Assembly: GCA_041178085.1 (NCBI GenBank)
Contig: JBEGVZ010000037.1
Span: 12,722-76,721 of the forward strand
DNA length: 64,000 bases
Direction: 5' to 3'
Source: Pseudomonadota bacterium
GTDB taxonomy: Bacteria; Bdellovibrionota_B; Oligoflexia; Oligoflexales; RGVZ01
The position numbers and the translations under genes were made by a program. Positions 38,454 through 49,458 of this stretch are shown in pieces; the first letter of the stretch is position 1; each line of letters begins with the position of its first letter. Below the pieces are notes generated by a model. The model made no database searches, was not told the origin of the DNA, and was given only the letters and a program-made list of their open reading frames with translations.

Positions 38454-38882
38454 CTACTTGCTGAAAAGCTGGAGGCCGTTGGCAATAACATCGGTCTGCT
38501 CGACCTCTTGCCCTGTCCTGCGGTCATTGAACACAGTGCGCTTGCTCGCCGTGTAACGATCGTTCCCGGATTGCATGACAGTGATTTCCACCAGGGTACC
38601 GTCAGATGGGCGGTCATCCCGGGAGCAGAACACACGCTCTTCCGAAATTTCACATTCCAGGCCGCGGGCGATCGACTCAGAAGTCTCGATCATTTTCCGC
38701 TGGGGGCGGCTATAAAAAGCCTGACCCAAGGTGATGTCGTAACCTTCACCTGACTCGGCTATCACCAGCTCGGTCAATGCACCGTCCACCGGCCTCAGGT
38801 CTTTTCTGAAAACAATGTTTGATTGCGCCATGGCATGCGACGCGGTTGAAGCGGCCAGAAAGGCAAATACGAATTTTTTCAT
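38454..38882 (-). CDS. Secreted protein with two internal repeats
   Basis: RBS aaggag, signal peptide ending HAMA, two copies of DxRPxDGxLxE...IAxGL. Confidence 0.72.
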   Translation of the reverse strand: MKKFVFAFLAASTASHAMAQSNIVFRKDLRPVDGALTELVIAESGEGYDITLGQAFYSRPQRKMIETSESIARGLECEISEERVFCSRDDRPSDGTLVEITVMQSGNDRYTASKRTVFNDRRTGQEVEQTDVIANGLQLFSK

Positions 38883-39136
38883 GGTTCGGACTCCTTTAAA
38901 AAATCCTCACACTTATTATTAATTTTTAATAAAAAAGTCAAATTATAATAGAATTTATTGAACAGCGCCACTGCTGAACGGAATGAGGCGTGCACCATCG
39001 CCTTTTTATGCCTAAATGGCTGTTTTAAATGAATAAAATCAGCACAACTGGATTCGCCATCGGACCCAGCGCCCACCTTCCCTTGGACTTCATCGATCTG
39101 ATAAGATTCAGGAAATTTTCCGCAACGAGGTAGAGC

Positions 39137-39646
39137 ATGCGACAAAAGGTCCTGCAATTGGTGCTGCCCGCGGTCGCACTTACGGCAACCATGACAGGGT
39201 GCGCCATCCTGCATCACGCCCAGGTCGGCGACATCGACAACCGCAAAGGGGTTGCGCACCGTCCGTTTGAACTCAAAGTCAGCGAAACCGGCGTCAACAT
39301 GGAAGAAGCCGGAGACATCGCGAAATCACTCTCCCGCAGCAAACAGGCCAACAAGGACATCGAAAATGCCCTTGGCATCATCGGCCTTTTCCAGATGGGG
39401 CCGAAAACTGGCAATCCGGTTTTCAACGATGGGTACGCTAAAAATATTGTGAATGACCTTTACCGCGAATGCCCCTCCGGCCGGATCACCAATGTGGTTT
39501 CGATCCGCGAAATGCGCAAATACCCCGGCATCAGTGGCGAGATCGTCAAGATCACAGGCACGTGCACCGGTGACAGGAAAGTTCGCGGCAAGGGCGGAGC
39601 AAAAGCATCTTCCAATGAGCAAGCAAAAGACACGGAGAACCTCTGA
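39137..39646 (+). CDS. TRL/Bor-like small lipoprotein 1
   Basis: Lipobox MTGC, LYRECPSGRITNV...KITGTC. Confidence 0.7.
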   Translation: MRQKVLQLVLPAVALTATMTGCAILHHAQVGDIDNRKGVAHRPFELKVSETGVNMEEAGDIAKSLSRSKQANKDIENALGIIGLFQMGPKTGNPVFNDGYAKNIVNDLYRECPSGRITNVVSIREMRKYPGISGEIVKITGTCTGDRKVRGKGGAKASSNEQAKDTENL

Positions 39647-39966
39647 TGCAATTGGCAAAAAGAATCAAGAAAACGTTGTTGGGCTGTGCGCTGATGATCA
39701 ATGCGGCTGGCTGCGTATCACTGCAAAGTGTTTCCCTCACCCAGATCCCGGCCAAGCGGGACAATAAGGTGACGGCCTCCACTGACAAGTGGATCATTCT
39801 TGGGTTCAACTTTGACAACGACTACGTGGACAAGCTGACTGAGAAGCTCAAAGACAAGTGCGAGAACGGGCAGATCCGGGGCATCCTGACCAAAGACGAG
39901 ACAACCTCTTATTTTCTTGTCTTCAAACGCTCCGTGACGGCCACGGGATACTGCATCAAGGCATAA
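39646..39966 (+). CDS. TRL/Bor-like small lipoprotein 2
   Basis: Lipobox AAGC, ILGFNFDNDYVD, LKDKCENGQIRGI...TATGYC; TGATG coupling. Confidence 0.72.
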   Translation: MQLAKRIKKTLLGCALMINAAGCVSLQSVSLTQIPAKRDNKVTASTDKWIILGFNFDNDYVDKLTEKLKDKCENGQIRGILTKDETTSYFLVFKRSVTATGYCIKA

Positions 39967-40015
39967 TCAAAGGTTAATGCGAAAACGGAAATTTGGCCTC
40001 AACAGGGGTTCCAGC

Positions 40016-40351
40016 ATGAAAGTCATTCAACCACGAAAAGCATTCGCAGCGCTGGCATTCTGCATGTCTGTCGCGACGGGCTGCACGCACAGCGTCCACA
40101 TGGTCCATGTCAGCGACTTTGCGCCTCATGAACCATTCGAGGGCGGCAAGGTCGTAAAGGCAACGGGCGAGCAATTCGCGATCATGGGTTTTGTCAGCGA
40201 CACGAACTACGTCAACAAAGCTTACGCTTCGCTGCAAGCAAAATGTCCGAACGAAGAAATTCAGGGAATTACCACGCAATACAGCACGAGCCACGGCTTC
40301 TTCAGCTGGACCAACAAGATCCTCATGCAGGGCCTGTGCCTGGCAGACTGA
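40016..40351 (+). CDS. TRL/Bor-like small lipoprotein 3
   Basis: Lipobox ATGC, IMGFVSDTNYVN, LQAKCPNEEIQGI...LMQGLC. Confidence 0.72.
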   Translation: MKVIQPRKAFAALAFCMSVATGCTHSVHMVHVSDFAPHEPFEGGKVVKATGEQFAIMGFVSDTNYVNKAYASLQAKCPNEEIQGITTQYSTSHGFFSWTNKILMQGLCLAD

Positions 40352-41722
40352 TCAGCCCAGGCCTGCAGGGATGAATATCACGAGCCTTGTATCTGCACCG
40401 CCATGGGTAAAGTGAACCGTGCGGGTCTTGTGGGTCTTGTTCAGCGCTTTGACAAAGGCGGCCGATGCTTGCTCATCCGGCACGATACAGCAGCCGGAAA
40501 AACTGACTCCCAATTGAATTTCCAGGTCGGCGATCCGTCCCGCAACGCGCGCAAAATACTTGCGCGCCTCGCTGGCAAGCTTCAGGCGCTGGCCGTAAGG
40601 CGGATTCAACAAAATGGCAAAGTGTCCACCCTCACGGACAAAAGGTCGCAGACTGACCGAGGCATCTGCCTTGAAAAAATCTCCCTCGAAAACACTGATC
40701 GCATCCGCCGGTATCTGCGTGATTTCAACAAATGACGCGGCGTTGCCACGTAACTCAGTCAGTGCGTCGGCGTGACACTCAAGGCAGACCACGGATGGAA
40801 TCTTTCCGTCCACCATCGCACCATTCCCAGATAGCTCAGGCGCCATACGGCCCCGCAGGTGATCGATGGTTGCCGCCGGGATGCCAGAGAAATCCTCGAA
40901 TGCGAAGCTGCGCTTAAAGCCCCCTGGCCCGGTGCCAAGGATAGAAATAACCCACTCAAAGGCGAATGTACCGGTGCCGGCAAAGGGAACAAAAAGCGCA
41001 TCGAATCCAGTCCGGCCAGATGACTCGATGATCATGCCACGGAGCGCTTCGATGCAAGCTGCAGCCTGGTGCTCGGGCAACGGCGCAACCGCGCCACCGA
41101 GGTGTTTTTTATACCCTCGCTTGTAAAGAGGTTCACCCGCCAGACTGACGAGCACGCGCAAGCGATTGCGATACAAGTCGAGCCTCAAGCGCAAGGCAGC
41201 ATCGGGTGTCAGCGCCAGTCCCAGCGCCTCCACAAAGCGATCCCGTATCCGGGCAGAAGAAACGATAAAGCTCGAGTTTGCGCTGACGGTCACCTGGGCG
41301 GGAAGCGCACCATGCCCCTCACCAATTTTTTCAGGAGCAAGAAAACCCAGAGCCCGGAGGTCAGTTGCCGCCTTTGCCAGTTGCCCCCAATTGCCGCACT
41401 TTCCCTCCCATGCGAGCCACTCCACATCATGGGCAACCGTCAGGCGCATGGTCCATTCCATCGCCTGCCGGAAGTCGATGTTCTTGGCTTCCACAATGCC
41501 GTCAACGGTCCCGATCACTGGCGTAAATTTGTAACGGGCAAAAGGCTGCGCGGAAATCCGGGCGACCTGCCGCTCCAGCAACAAATTCCATCCCGGGGCA
41601 GGCCGGATCGCGACCGTGGCGGGGCGAGATAAATATTTGGGTGTTTTCGACGCCAAATGGTCTTTCTTTCGTTGCGACAGGACTGGGGAATACCCGATTT
41701 GATGCCGAAACACCAAACCCAA
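40352..41722 (-). CDS. THUMP/RlmL-like RNA methyltransferase (divergent; start uncertain)
   Basis: GEPLYKRGYK, APLPEHQAAA, PFAGTGT SAM motif, LNPPYG. Confidence 0.75.
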   Translation of the reverse strand: MGLVFRHQIGYSPVLSQRKKDHLASKTPKYLSRPATVAIRPAPGWNLLLERQVARISAQPFARYKFTPVIGTVDGIVEAKNIDFRQAMEWTMRLTVAHDVEWLAWEGKCGNWGQLAKAATDLRALGFLAPEKIGEGHGALPAQVTVSANSSFIVSSARIRDRFVEALGLALTPDAALRLRLDLYRNRLRVLVSLAGEPLYKRGYKKHLGGAVAPLPEHQAAACIEALRGMIIESSGRTGFDALFVPFAGTGTFAFEWVISILGTGPGGFKRSFAFEDFSGIPAATIDHLRGRMAPELSGNGAMVDGKIPSVVCLECHADALTELRGNAASFVEITQIPADAISVFEGDFFKADASVSLRPFVREGGHFAILLNPPYGQRLKLASEARKYFARVAGRIADLEIQLGVSFSGCCIVPDEQASAAFVKALNKTHKTRTVHFTHGGADTRLVIFIPAGLG

Positions 41723-41857
41723 TAACAGGCGCCGCTGCAGGCTTGCGGGACGCCGGGAATTAACATCATGGCAAAACGATCCGAAAAAGACACGGTTGGG
41801 ACCTTGATATTGGTCTTGGCTGTTTCAATGGGGGTTGTCTTGGCTGGCGCTGCGAAA

Positions 41858-42802
41858 ATGTTCAAACCCGGGGATACGGTGTTCAAGGCCGGCGACCAGC
41901 CGGATGGAATGTACATCGTACGCAAGGGCGAGCTCCAAGTCGTCCTGGAGAGAGACGGGAAACAGGTGGTCCTGGCCACGATCAACGAAGGTGGCATCGT
42001 CGGCGAAATGGCCCTCTTCGATAAACAGACCAGATCCGCCACCGTGAAAGCCAGCAAGCCCTCCGAAGTGACCCAGATTACCATGGCTGATTTCGAGGGG
42101 TTGCTTAAGCAAATCCCCAAATGGTTTGTGACCTTGATGGGCGCGCTGTCAAACCGGCTCCGCCAGACCAACGAACGTCTGCAGAAAGCCGAAGCAGGCG
42201 GCGGCAAACCGATGCAAAGCGCCCTTCGCATGATTGCCGTCACCGATCTGGCATGGGCAAAGCATGGCGAAAAAGACGAAAAAGGCAAAATAGTGATCAC
42301 CAAATCAGTGCTGGAAAAAGTGCTGATGGAGACCTTGCAGGAACCGCAACCCCGGGTTGAAGCGTTCCTCAAGATCATGGCCGACGGCGAGATCCTTGTG
42401 AAAGCGAGCGACAGCCGGAAGATGCCCGCATGGGGCATGCCCAACCGCTCGTTCGTGCTCCAATTCCCGCAGTTTGTCGCCGAGTTTGAGCGGGCGAAAC
42501 CAACGGTCCGCTGCCTGGACGAGAAAATGCTGAAAGTCCTTCAGATCGCGGGATCCTTGGCCCAAAAGAGCCCCTATGATCCAGCAACCGTCCCCTTCTC
42601 ACAGATCGCCGCTGAATTGAAGATCGAGCCTGCGGACATGCCAAACTGGAAAGCTGGGCTCGAGGCATTCAAATTTACAGGCAAAACCTGTGAATTGACC
42701 CGCACCAGCGATGGCGAGGCAATCAAGATCACCAAGGCGGAAACCGCGCGGCTGGTGAAGTTCCACCAGCTCATGACGGCGTTCGTCAACCAGAGCTTCT
42801 GA
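41858..42802 (+). CDS. Cyclic-nucleotide-binding domain protein (Crp/Fnr-like N-terminus)
   Basis: FKPGDTVFKAGD, MYIVRKGEL, VGEMALFDKQTRSATV, LSNRLRQTN. Start at 41858 or TTG 41840 is more likely than 41768. Confidence 0.85.
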   Translation: MFKPGDTVFKAGDQPDGMYIVRKGELQVVLERDGKQVVLATINEGGIVGEMALFDKQTRSATVKASKPSEVTQITMADFEGLLKQIPKWFVTLMGALSNRLRQTNERLQKAEAGGGKPMQSALRMIAVTDLAWAKHGEKDEKGKIVITKSVLEKVLMETLQEPQPRVEAFLKIMADGEILVKASDSRKMPAWGMPNRSFVLQFPQFVAEFERAKPTVRCLDEKMLKVLQIAGSLAQKSPYDPATVPFSQIAAELKIEPADMPNWKAGLEAFKFTGKTCELTRTSDGEAIKITKAETARLVKFHQLMTAFVNQSF

Positions 42803-42993
42803 GCCAGACCGGCGCAAAAGCACGTTGAAAATGACGAAAACGTCATTAAATCAAAGTATTTAGAGGTAAAATCGCCGTCTACTGGCCGAGTTTGAACTTC
42901 AGCCAGATCGCTCCCGCCAGACACACGGCAAGGGTCACGATTTGCTGGATCAAACGCCTCCGCCAGCGGATGAATTTCCCTGATTTCGCTGCG

Positions 42994-43022
42994 TTGACAC
43001 TCATACCCAATATTGTTAGGTT
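42994..43022 (+). promoter_or_regulatory. Sigma-70 promoter of tig
   Basis: TTGACA-N17-TAGGTT with extended -10 TG. Confidence 0.6.
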
Positions 43023-43071
43023 CCGCCGGCCTTGAAGGCAACCAGATTCCATAAACGGAGATACGCCCATA

Positions 43072-44358
43072 ATGAAAGCCACCGTTGAAACGCTCAACTC
43101 GGTGCAACGCCGCATCCAAGTCGAACTCCCGGCTGACGCCGTGAACAGCGCCTTTGAGGACGCTTACCGCCGCATCCAGAAGAAGGCCCACCTGCAAGGC
43201 TTCCGCCCCGGCAAGGCCCCGATCAACCTGATCAAAAAGTTCTACGGCGGCTCCGTCGCCAGCGAAGTTGGCGAAAAGCTGGTCAATCAGAACATTTTCA
43301 AAGTCATCAGCGAGAACAAGATCAACATGGTGGCCGCCCCGGTCCTTGAGAAGGCCGACCTGCCGGCAAATGACAAGGAATTCCACTTCACGGTGGTGGT
43401 CGACGTCATGCCTGACATCAGCCTGCCGGACTACAAGGGCCTGGAAGTCAGTGTCGATTCTTATGCCGTGACCAACGAGGCCATCGACAAGCAAGTCGAG
43501 GATCTGCGCAAGCGCTCGGCGAAGAAAAAGCCGCTCGGCAATGAGGTTGCTGCCTCGAAAGGCCATGCCGTCAAGATGAAGCTCAAGGCGTTCCGCGAAG
43601 ACGGTACGGAAATCCAGGGTCTGCCTGCAGACGAAATCGACACCGTCCTTGGCGAAAGCCAGCTGGTTGCGGAGCTTGAGCAGTCACTCCACGGCATGAA
43701 GGCCGGCGAGACCCGCGAAACCACCGTACGCCTGCCGGAAAATTTTGCTGACAAGCAAATGGCAGGCAAAGCCCTGAAGTACGAGATCAACGTGACTGAA
43801 GTCGCCGAGCTCCAGCTGCCCGCGGCAGACGACGAACTGGCCAAGGACTTTGACTTCGAAAGCATGACCAAGCTGAAGGAAAACATCCGCGAGCGCATGA
43901 CCTCGCAGATGAACCAGCAGCGCCGCAGCGCCCTCGAGGAAAAAGTCCTGGAAAAACTTCTGGAAAAGGCGCCTTTCGAAGTCCCGCCGAGCCTTGTTGA
44001 TGAAGCAATCGACGGGATGATCAAGGAGCAGTTTGCGGGACTTGAGGGCGCTGAACTGAAAAAAGCGATGTTTGACGAGAACCTGCGGAAGGAGCTCCGC
44101 CCAACCGCACGTCGTCGGACCCAGAATAGCCTGCTGCTGGTGCGTATCGCCCAGGAGCAAAAGATTGAAGTGACCAACGACGACGTACGCAACTACATCC
44201 AGAAGCAGTACGGCGCGGCAGCAAGCCGCACGGACACGAACCTGGATTCACTTGTGAAGTTGCTGGGCGACCGGGTAAAGCAATCGCTGCTGTTCGAAAA
44301 GACACTGGACGTCCTCATCGATGGCGCAAAGGTCAAGGAAGTTCCCGCCAAGGCCTGA
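43072..44358 (+). CDS. tig: Trigger factor
   Basis: Ribosome-binding GFRPGKAP, FKBP-like middle domain, EVPPSLVD C-domain; upstream of clpP/clpX. Confidence 0.93.
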   Translation: MKATVETLNSVQRRIQVELPADAVNSAFEDAYRRIQKKAHLQGFRPGKAPINLIKKFYGGSVASEVGEKLVNQNIFKVISENKINMVAAPVLEKADLPANDKEFHFTVVVDVMPDISLPDYKGLEVSVDSYAVTNEAIDKQVEDLRKRSAKKKPLGNEVAASKGHAVKMKLKAFREDGTEIQGLPADEIDTVLGESQLVAELEQSLHGMKAGETRETTVRLPENFADKQMAGKALKYEINVTEVAELQLPAADDELAKDFDFESMTKLKENIRERMTSQMNQQRRSALEEKVLEKLLEKAPFEVPPSLVDEAIDGMIKEQFAGLEGAELKKAMFDENLRKELRPTARRRTQNSLLLVRIAQEQKIEVTNDDVRNYIQKQYGAAASRTDTNLDSLVKLLGDRVKQSLLFEKTLDVLIDGAKVKEVPAKA

Positions 44359-44384
44359 GCCCGAGCAGTTCAAGAAACATTTAA

Positions 44385-44420
44385 GCCGCCTGCCTTGAAA
44401 AAAGGCAGGCGGTTTTTTTT
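44385..44420 (+). terminator. Rho-independent terminator after tig
   Basis: GCCGCCTGCCTT-gaaaa-AAGGCAGGCGGT followed by a T-run. Confidence 0.9.
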
Positions 44421-44495
44421 GGGCATGTTCAACGGCGATGACGGGGCGCTCTTTGCAACAACGAAAGTGTGCTAAGATTTTTTCTCCGGAAGTAA

Positions 44496-46739
<2,244 letters not shown>

Positions 46740-46767
46740 AACAGAAACGATCAATGGTGGAATGATG

Positions 46768-46802
46768 GCGGGGCGTCCAAAGCGGACGTCCCGCTTTTTT
46801 TT
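46768..46802 (+). terminator. Rho-independent terminator after katG
   Basis: GCGGGGCGTCC-aaagc-GGACGTCCCGC followed by T8. Confidence 0.88.
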
Positions 46803-47247
46803 CAAGCCCAAGCGCAGCGGCAAAGTCATTCGCCACAGAACGTCTCTCGGGCGATTTTGTCCGTTGCGGACTGATCCCAAATTGGCCTGATTCAGGAACT
46901 GAAAATACCCGGGCCTGCCCGCCCGGATGTTGCCGAGCCTGTCTTTTCAGTTGATGGTTACAACAGGACCTCGTTTACCCGGGTGGAATCAGCCCATTTT
47001 TCTCCAACCCCATTCAATCTTTCTAACAACCTGAAAACAATGCACTTAGTGGGCACGAACAGATGGATGGCTTTGCCAGGGGAGCTGCCAGAAGCTGCCT
47101 CTTTTTTAATCAAAGCAAGCTCCGCCTAAAGCCGAAGCAAAACGTGACGAATCTTGCTAGGCACCGAAGCTTGTCAGTTCGGGGGTGGTGAATTAATTTA
47201 AGGATTCCGACCGGTTCTGTTGCGCTCACTCATAACGGGGATCGACC

Positions 47248-47844
47248 ATGCCACTAGTTCCAATAGTCATCGAGCAAACCAATCGCGGCGAACGTTCTTA
47301 CGACATCTATTCCCGGCTCCTTAAAGACCGCATCATTTTCCTTGGCACCCCGGTCTTCGATGAAATCGCGAACGTGATCATTGCCCAGTTGCTGTTTCTT
47401 GAAAGCTCAGACCCAGACAAGGACATTCATTTCTACATTAACTCCCCAGGCGGATCAGTCACCGCTGGACTGGCAATTTACGACACGATGCGCATGGTTC
47501 GCCCTGATGTCCGCACTTATTGCATCGGACAGTGCGCGTCGATGGGCGCATGGTTGTTAGCGGCGGGCGCTAAGGGCAAACGCTATGCCCTTCCGAATTC
47601 GCGGATCATGATCCACCAGCCACTTGGTGGAGCCACGGGACAAGCGACCGACATCGAGATCCAGGCACAGGAAATCATCAAACTAAAATCGAAAATGACC
47701 CAGATCCTTGCGGACCACACGGGACGACCCACCGCGCAGATCCTTGAGGACATCGACCGGGACTACTTCATGTCCGCGGAAGAAGCGAAGGCTTACGGTA
47801 TTGTCGACGAAATTGTGACGCCGTCCGCCGTAGAAAAAAAATAA
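47248..47844 (+). CDS. clpP: ATP-dependent Clp protease proteolytic subunit
   Basis: [31 protein letters not shown] (Ser), IMIHQP (His), DRD (Asp). Confidence 0.98.
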   Translation: MPLVPIVIEQTNRGERSYDIYSRLLKDRIIFLGTPVFDEIANVIIAQLLFLESSDPDKDIHFYINSPGGSVTAGLAIYDTMRMVRPDVRTYCIGQCASMGAWLLAAGAKGKRYALPNSRIMIHQPLGGATGQATDIEIQAQEIIKLKSKMTQILADHTGRPTAQILEDIDRDYFMSAEEAKAYGIVDEIVTPSAVEKK

Positions 47845-47891
47845 CAAGTATTCGGTAGCTTTGGAAAACCCCTTCGAGGGAGAAGTTGAAC

Positions 47892-49202
47892 ATGGCAGGC
47901 AAGGATTCAGGACTCCAGTGCAGTTTCTGCGGCAAAAGCCAGCGCGAGGTGAAGAAGCTCATCGCCGGCCCGAACGTTTACATCTGCGATGAGTGCATCC
48001 AGCTGTGCAACGACATCATTGCCGAGGAAGTCGAGAAAGATGAACTCCTGAATCCGTCAGGCAAAGTGCCGACGCCCAAGGAGATCAAGAAAATCCTCGA
48101 TGACTACGTGATCGGGCAGGACGCGGCCAAGAAGACCCTGGCTGTCGCGGTGCACAATCACTACAAGCGCCTTGAATCAAACAAGGCCGGCAAGGGTACG
48201 GATGAGGTGGAGCTTTCAAAGTCCAACATCCTGCTCATCGGGCCTACCGGATCCGGGAAGACACTGCTGGCGCAGACGCTTGCCCGTATCCTCAACGTAC
48301 CATTCACGATTTCCGATGCCACCAACTTGACCGAGGCCGGTTACGTCGGTGAGGACGTCGAGAATATCATCCTGAACTTGCTGCAGGCGGCCGACTACGA
48401 CGTCGAACTCGCCCAGCGCGGCATCGGGTATATCGATGAAATCGATAAGATCGCGCGCAAGGGCGAAAACCCGTCCATCACCCGCGACGTCTCGGGGGAA
48501 GGCGTACAACAAGCGCTCCTGAAGATCATCGAAGGTACGATCGCCAACGTTCCCCCACGGGGCGGACGCAAGCATCCGCAGCAAGAGTTCCTGCAAGTCG
48601 ACACGACCAACATCCTGTTCGTTTGCGGCGGCGCTTTCGCGGGACTGGAAGAAATCATTGCCTCGCGCATCGAAGTGTCGGCACTCGGATTCGGTGCTCA
48701 AATTCACTCCAAGACACAGCGGGATGTCACCAAGCTGCTGGCGCAAGTCCGCACCGAGGACTTGATGAAGTTCGGTTTGATCCCGGAATTCATCGGTCGT
48801 CTGCCGGTCGTGTGTTCACTCGGAATGCTTGACGAATCAGCCTTGCTGGACATCCTGACCCAGCCGAAGAACGCCATCGTGAAGCAGTTCAAGAAGCTGT
48901 TTGGCTTTGAGAACGTCGAGCTCAAGTTCACTGACGGCGCACTGCGGGCTGTCGTTCAAGAGGCACTCAAGCGCAAAACCGGTGCTCGCGGTCTGCGGGC
49001 GATCCTGGAAGGCGCAATGCTGGAAGTGATGTATGAAATGCCCGGCAATGAAGGCCTGAAGGAAGTCATCATCACCGAGGAAACCATCGTGAGCAGAGGT
49101 GAACCTGTGATGGTGTACCAGACTGACGCTGAAAAGGCCGCGGCAGCAGCAAAGGAGCAACAGGCTCCCCAGCGCGAGTTCGGCACCGGTCCGGGCAAGT
49201 AA
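47892..49202 (+). CDS. clpX: Clp protease ATP-binding subunit ClpX
   Basis: CSFC...CDEC Zn finger, [26 protein letters not shown] loop, LGF loop, GARGLR. Confidence 0.98.
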   Translation: MAGKDSGLQCSFCGKSQREVKKLIAGPNVYICDECIQLCNDIIAEEVEKDELLNPSGKVPTPKEIKKILDDYVIGQDAAKKTLAVAVHNHYKRLESNKAGKGTDEVELSKSNILLIGPTGSGKTLLAQTLARILNVPFTISDATNLTEAGYVGEDVENIILNLLQAADYDVELAQRGIGYIDEIDKIARKGENPSITRDVSGEGVQQALLKIIEGTIANVPPRGGRKHPQQEFLQVDTTNILFVCGGAFAGLEEIIASRIEVSALGFGAQIHSKTQRDVTKLLAQVRTEDLMKFGLIPEFIGRLPVVCSLGMLDESALLDILTQPKNAIVKQFKKLFGFENVELKFTDGALRAVVQEALKRKTGARGLRAILEGAMLEVMYEMPGNEGLKEVIITEETIVSRGEPVMVYQTDAEKAAAAAKEQQAPQREFGTGPGK

Positions 49203-49238
49203 GCGGAAAGCCCGTCCAGTTAGCAGATTAATTTTTAG

Positions 49239-49275
49239 GCACCGGCGCGGCAACCCCGCGCCGGTGCTTGCTTTT
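49239..49275 (+). terminator. Terminator-like hairpin between clpX and lon
   Basis: GCACCGGCGCGG-loop-CCGCGCCGGTGC followed by TTGCTTTT. Confidence 0.7.
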
Positions 49276-49458
49276 CAGGCAATAAAAACCCCGCCGTTCA
49301 CGGGTTTCACATTTCCTGCAACAACGTCGATGAACTCTGAGAGAGGCCCAGGCGACAGGGGGATGGACAGAAAGGTAGACGGGACGGAAATTTGCCTCTA
49401 AGCTGAAATGATAACAAGCACTTAACTTGTACAATGCCTTGCCGGCAGGGGGTGACCT

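Noticed and set aside
42803..43071. tRNA gene upstream of tig (a common location)
   Set aside because: No cloverleaf or T-loop GTTCRA motif seen here, and no tRNA cloverleaf elsewhere in the intergenic regions I read.
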